DNA of 64,000 nt from Nitrospinales bacterium (GTDB lineage Bacteria; Nitrospinota; Nitrospinia; Nitrospinales; VA-1). The stretch is taken from contig CBDCXL010000002.1 of the NCBI GenBank assembly GCA_965223795.1, positions 1,376,001 to 1,440,000 of the forward strand, read 5' to 3'. The notes under the pieces were generated by a model. The model was not told the DNA's origin. It saw only the letters and a program-made list of their open reading frames with translations, and did no database searches. The position numbers and the translations under genes were made by a program. Shown one piece after another: positions 32,205 through 40,893 of the stretch (positions are counted from its first letter, which is position 1; every line of letters starts with the position of its first letter).

Positions 32205-32948
32205 TCAGCGTTTTTGTTTTTTAAGAGATGCGGCTTGGAAGTGGACGAATTTTTTCTTTTCCCAGAGCGGGCTCTGGCTGGGAATGAGGTACTTCACTTT
32301 CGAGCCGCTGATCGAGGCGGCGTGGGCGAGCAGGGCGATACGCCAGCGGCCTTTGACCTTCTCCCAGTAATCGATGTGGGACTCCTCCACGTCGAACGCG
32401 ATGTTGTCGCGCACCAGGGCGGGGTTGAGCTGTTCGCGCGCCTTGAGCTTGCCCACCACCATCGCGTGGCGGCCGTCCTCGCTGATGGAGACTTTTTCCA
32501 GCGTGTAGCCGTTGACCTTGACGAAGGGATTGGTGAACCAGCGGTAACTGCGCGGCGCCGGGAAACCGAGCGCGTCCTTTTTTTCCGGATTCTTCTTGAT
32601 GTAAGCGAGGGAGGGCATCAGACCGCCGGAAACGTGCTGGTCCGCGGTGTCGCGGTAGTCGTGCACCACGCGACCTTCGAAAAATTTGTATTCCTCCAGC
32701 GACACCTTCTTTTGAAACTGCGGGTGCTGGTAGGCATAGAGCGATTTCCACTTTCCGGCCTGGCGCTTGGCAAAGTAGTCCTTCTGCAGCGCCGCGAGCG
32801 TCCGGGCCTCCTTGAGCAGCTTGCCCCGGTCCGCCGCCTGCGCCCGGTCCGCCCCGGCCACCCACATCATCGCCGCAAGCGCCGCCAGCGTCAGCGCTGT
32901 TGCCGTTGCCCTTTTCCACTCCGCCAGCCTGCCCTTTGATAAACGCAT
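32205..32948 (-). CDS. Hypothetical exported protein
   Basis: Signal peptide ending AQA-A and typical codon usage. Family not recognised. Confidence 0.7.
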   Translation of the reverse strand: MRLSKGRLAEWKRATATALTLAALAAMMWVAGADRAQAADRGKLLKEARTLAALQKDYFAKRQAGKWKSLYAYQHPQFQKKVSLEEYKFFEGRVVHDYRDTADQHVSGGLMPSLAYIKKNPEKKDALGFPAPRSYRWFTNPFVKVNGYTLEKVSISEDGRHAMVVGKLKAREQLNPALVRDNIAFDVEESHIDYWEKVKGRWRIALLAHAASISGSKVKYLIPSQSPLWEKKKFVHFQAASLKKQKR

Positions 32949-33061
32949 ATGCCCTCATCTCCCGGAAAATAGTTTGTGCCGTCCCTCTGCTTAACGGCAG
33001 CCGGAGATGGGAGCTAAAGTGTGAATTTGAAAGGAAATTTCCAAGCGATGCAGCTTCATCA

Positions 33062-35175
33062 TCAAAACCTAAAGCGGAGGCCCGCACCGCCGCCGAAGTC
33101 GGAATGGTACTGCCCGATGAGCGACCAGTTTTTGTTGATCCACACGTCGCCGCCGGCAACCCATTCCTTTTTCGATTCGGTGTCGTACTCGAATTCGCCG
33201 AACACGCCGAACCGTTCGGTCAGGCGCAGGCTCTGCCCGATGGACACGCGCAACTCTCCTGCCGTGTCGATGCGCCACTGGCTCTCGAAGTTGAACGGCA
33301 GCAGGTAGCGCACGCCGAAGATGCCGCGTTCGTATTCATCGGTGAGGTTGACGCCGGCGAAGGCGGTGAAGAAGCGGGTGAAATAGCGGTCGTACGCCAG
33401 CTCGACGTCGTGCTCGGTGCCCTCCACATCCTGCCACCCCACCTCCCAGTGCGCGCTCAGGATGTTTTTCGAGTTGGCCGCGACCGCCGCGCCGTCGGTC
33501 ATGTGCGACTGGATCGTTCCGTCCACCCAGGCGTACCAGGGATCCTTGAACAGCAACGGGCGAATCGCCTGTAGTTCTGCATCGGTGACGATGTCCTCGT
33601 AATGGATCACCCGCGCCATTCCGGATTTGGCGTGATAGAGCACGTGGCAGTGAAAGAACCAGTCCTTATAGTCGTTGGCCTCGAATTCGATGATGCGCTG
33701 CGACATGGGCGGCACGTCCACGGTGTGCTTGAGCGGCGCGTGCGCGCCGCCGCCATTGAGCAGGCGGAAAAAATGGCCGTGCAGGTGCATGGGGTGGTGC
33801 ATCATGGTTTTGTTGACCAGGATGAAACGCACGTTCTCGCCGTGGCGGATGCGGATCGTGTTGTCCGGGCCGATCACTTCATCGTCGATCGACCAGATGT
33901 AGCGCTCCATGTCGCCGGTGAGCGTGAGCGTGACTTCGCGCACGGGATTGTTTGGCGGCAGCTCTGTCGGGCGCAGGGAACGCAGCCGGGCGTAGGGCGT
34001 GCCGGGCCGCGGCTCGTGGACAGGCCTGGCGTGTGTCGCTTTCATGGCGGGCATGCTCCTGGAATGGTGCATGCCCTGCATTTTGTCTTCCGGCATGGTG
34101 CCGTGCCTGTTCTGCGATGGCTGATTTTTTTTCATGGCGTGGCCGTGCATCGATCCGTGCATTTTGTAGAGATCGGGGCGCGGCACGGCGGGCGCGGCGA
34201 CGCGCGGGCCGCGGCCGATGAAGACGGAGGTATGGCCGGAGCCGTCCTGCGCCGTGGCGCGCAGCTCGTGAGCGCCGCCGGGCGGGACGGTCACAAGCAC
34301 GTCGTAGGTTTCCGCGATCGCCATCAGGAAACGGTCCCCGGTCAGCGGCTGCGTTTCGATGCCGTCCGCCGCCACGATGGTCACCGGCCCGCCGGCGAAC
34401 TGCAGGTGAAAGTAGGTGGACGCGGCGGCGTTGATGAAACGCAGGCGCACGGTGTCTCCCGGCTCGGCGGGGATGGGGTGTTCCGGCCTGCCGTTTGCCA
34501 GGAAACGGTCGTAGGCCACATCGGAGAGGTCCATCGGCGGCATGCGCCTGAGACCGCGGCGCAACGCCTGCATCAGCGCGCCGGACTGAGCCGCGCCCAC
34601 CAGGCTCTGCACGGTGCCCTTTTTATAACCTTGATAGTCGTTGCCGCTTTTCAGGGCGCGCAGGATCGCGTCCGGATCTTCGTCAGTCCAGTCGGACAGC
34701 ACCACCACCTCATCCCGGTCGGCGGCAATGCGTTCGCCCTCTCTCGGCGTGATCACGATCGCTCCGTAAACGCCGCGCTGTTCCTGCAGGTCGGTGTGCG
34801 AGTGAAACCAGTAGGTGCCGGACTGGATGAGCGGGAACTCGAAATGCACGGTGGCGCCCGGCTTGATGGGCGGGTTGTTGACGAACGGCACGCCGTCCTG
34901 GCGGTTGGGCAGCAGAATGCCGTGCCAGTGGATCGACGTGGGCACATCCAGCCGGTTGTGCACCTTGATTCTGGCGGTGTCGCCCTCGCGGAAACGCAGC
35001 GTCGGCCCCGGAATGGAACCGTTGAACGTCATGGCCCGCACATCGCGGCCGGTGAGGTTCACGGTCTTTGGCGCCGACGGTCAATTCGTAATTCACCACT
35101 TCGGCGAAGACCGGAAGCAGCGCTCTGTATGTAAAAAGCGATTAAAAATGCCAATGGCATTCGCAACCATTTCAT
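33062..35175 (-). CDS. CopA/PcoA-type multicopper oxidase with C-terminal beta-strand-rich domain; 5' end interrupted by two apparent frameshifts (possible pseudogene or assembly error)
   Basis: HWHG, WFHSH, HPMHLHGH, HCHVLYHAKSGM and a His/Met-rich linker. C-terminus GAGLRFRF. Signal peptide from ATG 35175 lies in other frames. Confidence 0.88.
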
Positions 35176-35176
35176 G

Positions 35177-35324
35177 CCGCACCTCACTCACGCCGCGCGC
35201 ACGCGCACAGGACGGGTGTCCCAGGCGGTCACGGGCTGTGGAACCGGGCCGCGCGCTGAAGGTAAAGATCGAGCGGACCGATCCCGGAATCGGATCGAGA
35301 CTGTGAATCGCGTGTTGAGACCGG
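35177..35324 (-). promoter_or_regulatory. Putative SD-sequestering RNA structure between the leader gene and the multicopper oxidase
   Basis: Minus strand CCGGTCTCAACACGC, directly after the leader stop, is complementary to GCGTGAGTGAGGTGCGG, which contains the SD before ATG 35175. Confidence 0.5.
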
Positions 35325-35325
35325 A

Positions 35326-35604
35326 TTACTGCTTTGGAGGGGGTGCAGCGGGTGCGGTGACGTAGGGTTCGAAGAAGTTCAAGGCTTCACCCGCCGCTTC
35401 GTGGAACGGCAAGATGCGCTTCGCTTCGGCCATGTCGATGGAGCCTGGAACGAAGCAGTGGGAGCAGGAAACCTGCTGCGCGCAGTCGGACGGATCCATG
35501 TGGTGCGTCGGCATGGCGGAGAGTTGGGCCGTCATGAAACAGAACGCCAGCACCGCGAAGGCAGCGACGAAGGAGAAGCGTTTGTTTTGTGATGAAGCGT
35601 GCAT
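35326..35604 (-). CDS. Small exported Cys/His/Pro-rich protein, CutF/CruR (DUF2946)-like leader
   Basis: Signal peptide, MPTHHMD, C-x5-CSHC, C-terminal APAAPPPKQ. Immediately upstream of the multicopper oxidase. Confidence 0.72.
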   Translation of the reverse strand: MHASSQNKRFSFVAAFAVLAFCFMTAQLSAMPTHHMDPSDCAQQVSCSHCFVPGSIDMAEAKRILPFHEAAGEALNFFEPYVTAPAAPPPKQ

Positions 35605-35667
35605 GGTCCCACCGATGCGGGGTGATTCAAGTGTGTAAAATCAATATACGGCCGCAGGCGCGATCCG

Positions 35668-37509
35668 TCAACCTGCCGGCGCTTTTTCCGAAACCCGTTG
35701 TAAAATCGTCTCCGCGAGAGCGGGGGTGATGCCGGGCACGGCGGTGAGGTCGGCGACGGAGGCGGCGCGGATGTTTTCCAGGCTGCCGAACTGCTTGAGC
35801 AGCAGCACGCGGCGCTTCTTGCCGATGCCGGGGATGGATTCGAGCGGCGAGTCGAGCGTGTTCTTGCCGCGCAGCTTGCGGTGGTAGGTGATGGCAAAGC
35901 GGTGCGCCTCGTCGCGGATGCGCTGCAAAAGGAAGCGCGACGGCGAGTTCTCCTTGAACAGAATCGGCGTCTTCTGCCGGGTGAGCAGGACTTCGTCGGT
36001 GTCGAGGTTGTTCCGGTACTTGCCCTTGGCGATGCAGGCGAGGTCCACCTTGCCGGTGAGGCCGAGTTCTTCCAGCACGCTCGCGGCGGTGTTGAGGTGG
36101 CCGCGGCCGCCGTCGATGAGCACGCAGCTGGGCAGCGGCTTGCCTTCGTCCAGCAGCCTCCGGTAGCGGCGCTGCATTACTTCGCGCATCATGGCGTAAT
36201 CGTCGATGCCTTCGACGCGTTTGATCTTGTAGCGGCGGTAGGCCGACTTGTCGGCCTGGCCGCTCTTGAACACCACCACGGAGCCGACGGCGTGGTCGCC
36301 GGAGATGTTGGAGATGTCGAACCCCTCGATGGTTTCGGGATAGTTTTTCAACTCGAGCGCGTTCTGCAACTCCTCCAGCATGCGCGTGGCGGTTTCGCCC
36401 TTGTCGAGCTCGGTGCGCATGGCGAAGCGGGCGTTCTCCTCGGCCATCTTCACCAGCTCGCGTTTCTTTCCGCGCACGGGCACTTCCAGATGGACGCGGC
36501 TTTTTTTCCTGTCGCTGAGCCAGGCAGCGATGAGGTCGCCGTCTTCGACGCCGTGGGGCAGCAGGATCTCCTTCGGCAGCATCGGCTCTTCGGCGTAGTA
36601 CTGCTTGAGGAACGAGGACAGAATTTCGTTGTCCTCCATCTCGTTGGCGCTTTTCATCTTGAAGATCTTCTCGCCCACCATCTTGCCGTTGCGCACGGCC
36701 AGCACCTGCACCATGGCTTCACCGCCTTCGGCGCAGTAGCCGACGCTGTCCTGATCCTCGAAACCGGTGGAGACGATCTTCTGCTTGTCGAGCACAGTCT
36801 TGACGGCGGCGATCTTGTCGCGCAGCACCGCGGCTTCCTCGTAATGCTGCTTTTCCGAGGCCGCCGCCATGCGGCTCTTGAGGATGTCCGTGAGTTCGGA
36901 GTTTCTGCCCTTTAAAAACAGGATCACCTCCTGCACCACGCCGGCGTAATCCTCGGGCGTGATGTAGCCGGCGCAGGGCGCGTGGCAGCGGTTCATCTGG
37001 TAGTTGAGGCAGGGCCGCCGCTGCGGCTGGCCGTCGAGCGGGTCGCGGCTCTGCCGCAGCGGGAAGATCCTGTAGATAAGGCGCATGGTCTCACGCACTT
37101 CCTTGACCATGGTGTACGGGCCGAAATACGTTGCGCCGTCCTTTTTCACGCGCCGCACCACTTCCAGCCGGGGGTACAGCTCCTGGGTGGTGAGGCGCAG
37201 GTAAGGATACTGTTTGTCGTCGCGCAGGCACACGTTGTAGCGCGGCCGGTGCTTTTTGACGAAATTGCTCTCCAGGATCAGCGCCTCGGATTCGGTGCGC
37301 GTGGTGAGGAACTTGATGTCGCGCACCTTGGCGAGAAAGGTGCGGGTCTTGAGCGGCAGGTGGCGGGAGTTCTGAAAATACGAGCGCACGCGGCTGTTCA
37401 GCGATTTGGCCTTGCCGATATAAAGGATCGCATCCTTCGAATCCTTCATGATATAAATTCCCGGAAGTTTGGGAATTTTCTCGATGATGTCGCTGAGCTT
37501 GTCTTTCAT
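35668..37509 (-). CDS. uvrC: Excinuclease ABC subunit C
   Basis: GIY...YIGKAKSL, UVR domain, EGFDISN, DDYAMM, IDGGRGH, RDEAHRFA, HhH IPGIG. Confidence 0.97.
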   Translation of the reverse strand: MKDKLSDIIEKIPKLPGIYIMKDSKDAILYIGKAKSLNSRVRSYFQNSRHLPLKTRTFLAKVRDIKFLTTRTESEALILESNFVKKHRPRYNVCLRDDKQYPYLRLTTQELYPRLEVVRRVKKDGATYFGPYTMVKEVRETMRLIYRIFPLRQSRDPLDGQPQRRPCLNYQMNRCHAPCAGYITPEDYAGVVQEVILFLKGRNSELTDILKSRMAAASEKQHYEEAAVLRDKIAAVKTVLDKQKIVSTGFEDQDSVGYCAEGGEAMVQVLAVRNGKMVGEKIFKMKSANEMEDNEILSSFLKQYYAEEPMLPKEILLPHGVEDGDLIAAWLSDRKKSRVHLEVPVRGKKRELVKMAEENARFAMRTELDKGETATRMLEELQNALELKNYPETIEGFDISNISGDHAVGSVVVFKSGQADKSAYRRYKIKRVEGIDDYAMMREVMQRRYRRLLDEGKPLPSCVLIDGGRGHLNTAASVLEELGLTGKVDLACIAKGKYRNNLDTDEVLLTRQKTPILFKENSPSRFLLQRIRDEAHRFAITYHRKLRGKNTLDSPLESIPGIGKKRRVLLLKQFGSLENIRAASVADLTAVPGITPALAETILQRVSEKAPAG

Positions 37510-37614
37510 GGGACGCTGTACTCCCCCAGCGGCGGGGATTTCGGGAAGCCTTCAAGTTTCTCTATCAATTATACCGGATCGGCGGGGAGCCCCGCTCCCA
37601 AAGGGGAATAATCA

Positions 37615-37923
37615 ATGAGAAATTGGCAACCGATCACGGAAGCAGAGTTGGCAAACCTGATTGAAAAAGAGCTAAAGCTTTGCTCTGCGGAGCAAAAGGA
37701 TATGTTCAACCGATTCAAGGTCCCGCTGAAAAAGCGCCCAATCGAACGATATGGAAAAACCGAACAGGTCTTTGTGGTAGCTCAAAATGGCAATGAAGTG
37801 ATGTATTGCGATGATGTGGATGAGGGTTTCAATATTTCCCCTGTATCGACAGACGGAAAAATTCTGGAGCACATCTGCAATCAGGACGGTATTAAACATG
37901 CGCTGCGCCACTGGAATGTATAA
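37615..37923 (+). CDS. Hypothetical protein, AT-rich
   Basis: GGGGGA RBS then ATG, 102 aa. Its stop overlaps the next start. Confidence 0.65.
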   Translation: MRNWQPITEAELANLIEKELKLCSAEQKDMFNRFKVPLKKRPIERYGKTEQVFVVAQNGNEVMYCDDVDEGFNISPVSTDGKILEHICNQDGIKHALRHWNV

Positions 37924-39370
37924 AATCTTCCTATTTTTGATCGTCTGTGCAGCAGGGCCCGCAGAGGCGGCTTCCGGCGAACTGGTCTGGGGCTCGGATG
38001 CGGAAGGCGGGGCGCCGTACGTGTATCCCGATCCTGAGAACCCGGATGTGCTGATCGGTTTCGAGGTCGATCTCGCGCAAGCGCTGGCGCGCGAGATGAG
38101 TCTGCGCGCGCGGCAGTTTCAGATCGACTGGTCGTCGCTGATCCCGGGATTGCTGCGCGGCGACTACGCCCTCGCGATGAACGGCATTGAGCGGACCGAG
38201 GCGCGGGCGCGCGAGGTGGCGTTCTCGCGGCCGTACTATATTTATGCGCAGCAGCTGGTGGTGCGCCAGGACGAAACGCGCATCGACTCGTTCGAGGACA
38301 TTGCCGGCATGCGGGTGGCGACGCTGGAGGGCACGGCGGCGCACGATCTGCTCAAACGGACGGCGGGCGTCGACATCGCTGTGTACGAGGGACAGGTGGA
38401 GCCTTACCGCGACCTGGAACTGGGCCGCGTGGACGCGGTGCTGCTGGACACGCCCATCGCGGCGCACTACGCGCGCGGCCATCCGAAGCTGCGCTACGCC
38501 GGGCCGCCGGTGGGCGAAGGGGTGTACGCCATCGCGCTGCGCAAGCAGGACACGGAACTGCTGACGCAGATCGACCGGGCGCTGCTGGCGCTGTGGCGCA
38601 GCGGCGAGCTGAAAACGATCTACACGCGCTGGGGCCTGTGGAACGCCGACCAGGAGCGGCTGTTCGACCCGGCGCGTCAGCCTGTCGCCGTGTCCGCGGG
38701 TGTGGACACGACGCGGATGCATGTCTACCTGCCGCTGCTGCTCAAAGGCGCGGGCATGACGGTGCTGCTATCGGTGACGGCGATGGTGCTGGCAATTATC
38801 TGGGGGCTTCTGCTCTGCCTGATGCGGCTGGCGGGCGGACCGCTGCTCAAGCCGGCCGCGGTGGCGGCGATCGAGATCCTGCGCGGCACGCCGCTGTTGT
38901 TGCAGCTCTATATCATCTATTACGGGCTGCCCAGCGTCGGCATCCGCCTGGACGCGTTCACGGCGGCGGTGCTGGGTCTCGGGCTCAACTACGCGGCGTA
39001 TGAGGCGGAGATCTACCGCTCCGGGTTGCAGTCGATCCCGTCAGGGCAGCGGGAGGCGGCGTTGTCGCTGGGCATGGCCGAGACCACGGTGTACCGGCGC
39101 ATCCTGATCCCGCAGTCGATCCGCGTGGTGCTGCCGCCGGTGACGAACGATTTCGTTTCGCTGTTCAAGGATTCCTCGCTGGTGTCGATCATCGCCATCG
39201 TCGAGCTGACCAAGGCGTACAACATGCTGGCGGTGTCCTCGCTGCGTTTTCTGGAACTGGGACTGCTGACGGCGGCGCTGTATCTCACGATGTCGGTGCC
39301 GCTTTCGCTTTTGTCCACCCGCATGGAGCGGCAATTGAAACGCCATGATCGTCGTCCGCAATCTGCATAA
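37916..39370 (+). CDS. Polar amino-acid ABC transporter, fused substrate-binding protein and permease
   Basis: GFEVDLA, FSRPYY, then [34 protein letters not shown]. Confidence 0.92.
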   Translation: MYKIFLFLIVCAAGPAEAASGELVWGSDAEGGAPYVYPDPENPDVLIGFEVDLAQALAREMSLRARQFQIDWSSLIPGLLRGDYALAMNGIERTEARAREVAFSRPYYIYAQQLVVRQDETRIDSFEDIAGMRVATLEGTAAHDLLKRTAGVDIAVYEGQVEPYRDLELGRVDAVLLDTPIAAHYARGHPKLRYAGPPVGEGVYAIALRKQDTELLTQIDRALLALWRSGELKTIYTRWGLWNADQERLFDPARQPVAVSAGVDTTRMHVYLPLLLKGAGMTVLLSVTAMVLAIIWGLLLCLMRLAGGPLLKPAAVAAIEILRGTPLLLQLYIIYYGLPSVGIRLDAFTAAVLGLGLNYAAYEAEIYRSGLQSIPSGQREAALSLGMAETTVYRRILIPQSIRVVLPPVTNDFVSLFKDSSLVSIIAIVELTKAYNMLAVSSLRFLELGLLTAALYLTMSVPLSLLSTRMERQLKRHDRRPQSA

Positions 39371-40100
39371 ACAGTTCGACGGCCAGCCGGTGCTGAAGGG
39401 CGTCGCGTTCGAGGTGGCGCGCGGTGAAGTGCAGGTGGTCATCGGCCCATCGGGCGGCGGCAAAAGCTCGCTGCTGCGCTGCATCGCCGGGCTGGAACCG
39501 TTCGAGCAGGGCAGCGTTGCGGTCGGCGGCGCGGAACTTGCGCCTGAGGATTCCAACCCACGCGGGAAAAAAGCGCGGGATGCGCTGCGAAAATACCGCA
39601 TGCAGGTGGGGATGGTGTTTCAGCAGTTTCATCTTTTCCCGCATTTGAATGTGCTGGAGAATCTGATGGAGGCGCCGGTGCAGGTGCTGGGGCTCGACGC
39701 CACGGCGGCGCGGGAGCGGGCGCGTGCGGTGCTGGCGCGGGTGAACCTCAGCGGATTCGATTTCCGCATGCCCGACACGCTGTCGGGCGGCGAGCAGCAG
39801 CGCGTCGCCATCGCGCGCACGCTCGCCATGCAGCCGGACTGCGTGCTGTTCGACGAGCCCACCTCGGCGCTGGACCCGGAAACGGTGGGCGACGTGCTCG
39901 CCGTGATGCGGCAGCTGGCGGACGACGGCATGACGATGCTGGTGGCGACGCACGAGATGGCGTTCGCCAAGGAGGTGGCGGACCGGGTGTGCATGCTGGA
40001 CGGCGGGACGCTGGTGGAGTCGGGGCCGCCGGGAGTGCTGTTCGAAAACCCGGAGAACCCGCGCACGCGCCATTTTCTCAAACGCGTCCTCCGCCCTTGA
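39345..40100 (+). CDS. Amino-acid ABC transporter ATP-binding protein (GlnQ family)
   Basis: [47 protein letters not shown]. Confidence 0.95.
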   Translation: MIVVRNLHKQFDGQPVLKGVAFEVARGEVQVVIGPSGGGKSSLLRCIAGLEPFEQGSVAVGGAELAPEDSNPRGKKARDALRKYRMQVGMVFQQFHLFPHLNVLENLMEAPVQVLGLDATAARERARAVLARVNLSGFDFRMPDTLSGGEQQRVAIARTLAMQPDCVLFDEPTSALDPETVGDVLAVMRQLADDGMTMLVATHEMAFAKEVADRVCMLDGGTLVESGPPGVLFENPENPRTRHFLKRVLRP

Positions 40101-40232
40101 AGGTACCTTTGCATAAGTCTACTTGTTACGGAGATTGAGATCCAATTGTCACCCTGAGCTTGTCGAAGGGTTCTAAGGAATGAGGCTTCGACAGGCTCAG
40201 CATGACAAAAAATGACTTATGCAAAGGTATCT
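40101..40232. mobile_element. 132-bp MITE-like element with 19-bp terminal inverted repeats and an internal palindrome
   Basis: AGGTACCTTTGCATAAGTC (40101-40119) and GACTTATGCAAAGGTATCT (40214-40232) match at 18/19. Inner arms are at 40146-40168 and 40186-40208. Confidence 0.7.
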
Positions 40233-40264
40233 GTAAGAAGGCGTTCATTCATAAAGGAGCGATC

Positions 40265-40663
40265 ATGAAACGGATCAAGCAGGTCCTTCTGATCCGAAGG
40301 GATCTGAACATGCGGCGGGGCAAGGAAATCGCCCAGGGTTCGCACGCGGCCATCGGCTTTCTGGTGGAAAACCTGCGCGGCACGCTTGCGAAAAACCGGG
40401 CCACGGAGGTGATGCTGGAGTTGTCTCCCGATGAGGCCACCTGGCTGCTCGAGGGCATGGCCAAGGTCTGCCTCAAGGTGAATTCGGAGGCCGAGCTGGT
40501 GGACCTGCACAAGAAGGCCGAAGCCAGCGGGCTGCCCAGCCACCTTGTGCAGGACAGCGGCCGCACGGAGTTTCACGGCAGGCCGACGTTCACGGCCTGC
40601 GCCATCGGCCCGGCGGACGGCGCGGCCATCGACGCGGTGACGGGGGATCTGGTGCCGTACTGA
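40265..40663 (+). CDS. pth2: Peptidyl-tRNA hydrolase, Pth2 type
   Basis: KQVLLIRRDLNMRRGKEIAQGSHA, KVCLKV, DSGRTE, AIGP, IDAVTGDL. AAGGAG RBS. Confidence 0.88.
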   Translation: MKRIKQVLLIRRDLNMRRGKEIAQGSHAAIGFLVENLRGTLAKNRATEVMLELSPDEATWLLEGMAKVCLKVNSEAELVDLHKKAEASGLPSHLVQDSGRTEFHGRPTFTACAIGPADGAAIDAVTGDLVPY

Positions 40664-40774
40664 ACCGGCTGCTTGGGTTTTACTCCGGACGGGCGCGCGA
40701 TTTTTTTCGCGGACGGTACCAAACGCGGCGCAATCGGGTTATACTTCCCACACCAGAAACGCACTCTTAAAATT

Positions 40775-40893
40775 ATGAAAATGGGCAACGGCAGCCAACG
40801 TGGTTTTCGCGATGTGGCGCAACGATCGTTCGTCTTAGATAGGAAACAAACCTTCGACTTATGAAAACCGGAAACGGCAGTCAACGTGGGTTT
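40775..40893 (+). repeat. Degenerate direct duplication of the 5' end of the NSS transporter gene, 86-bp offset
   Basis: ATGAAAATGGGCAACGGCAGCCAACGTGGTTTT at 40775 versus ATGAAAACCGGAAACGGCAGTCAACGTGGGTTT at 40861. Confidence 0.75.

Noticed and set aside
40202..40264. N-terminal extension of Pth2 in the ORF track
   Set aside because: It derives from the MITE sequence. The RBS supports ATG 40265.
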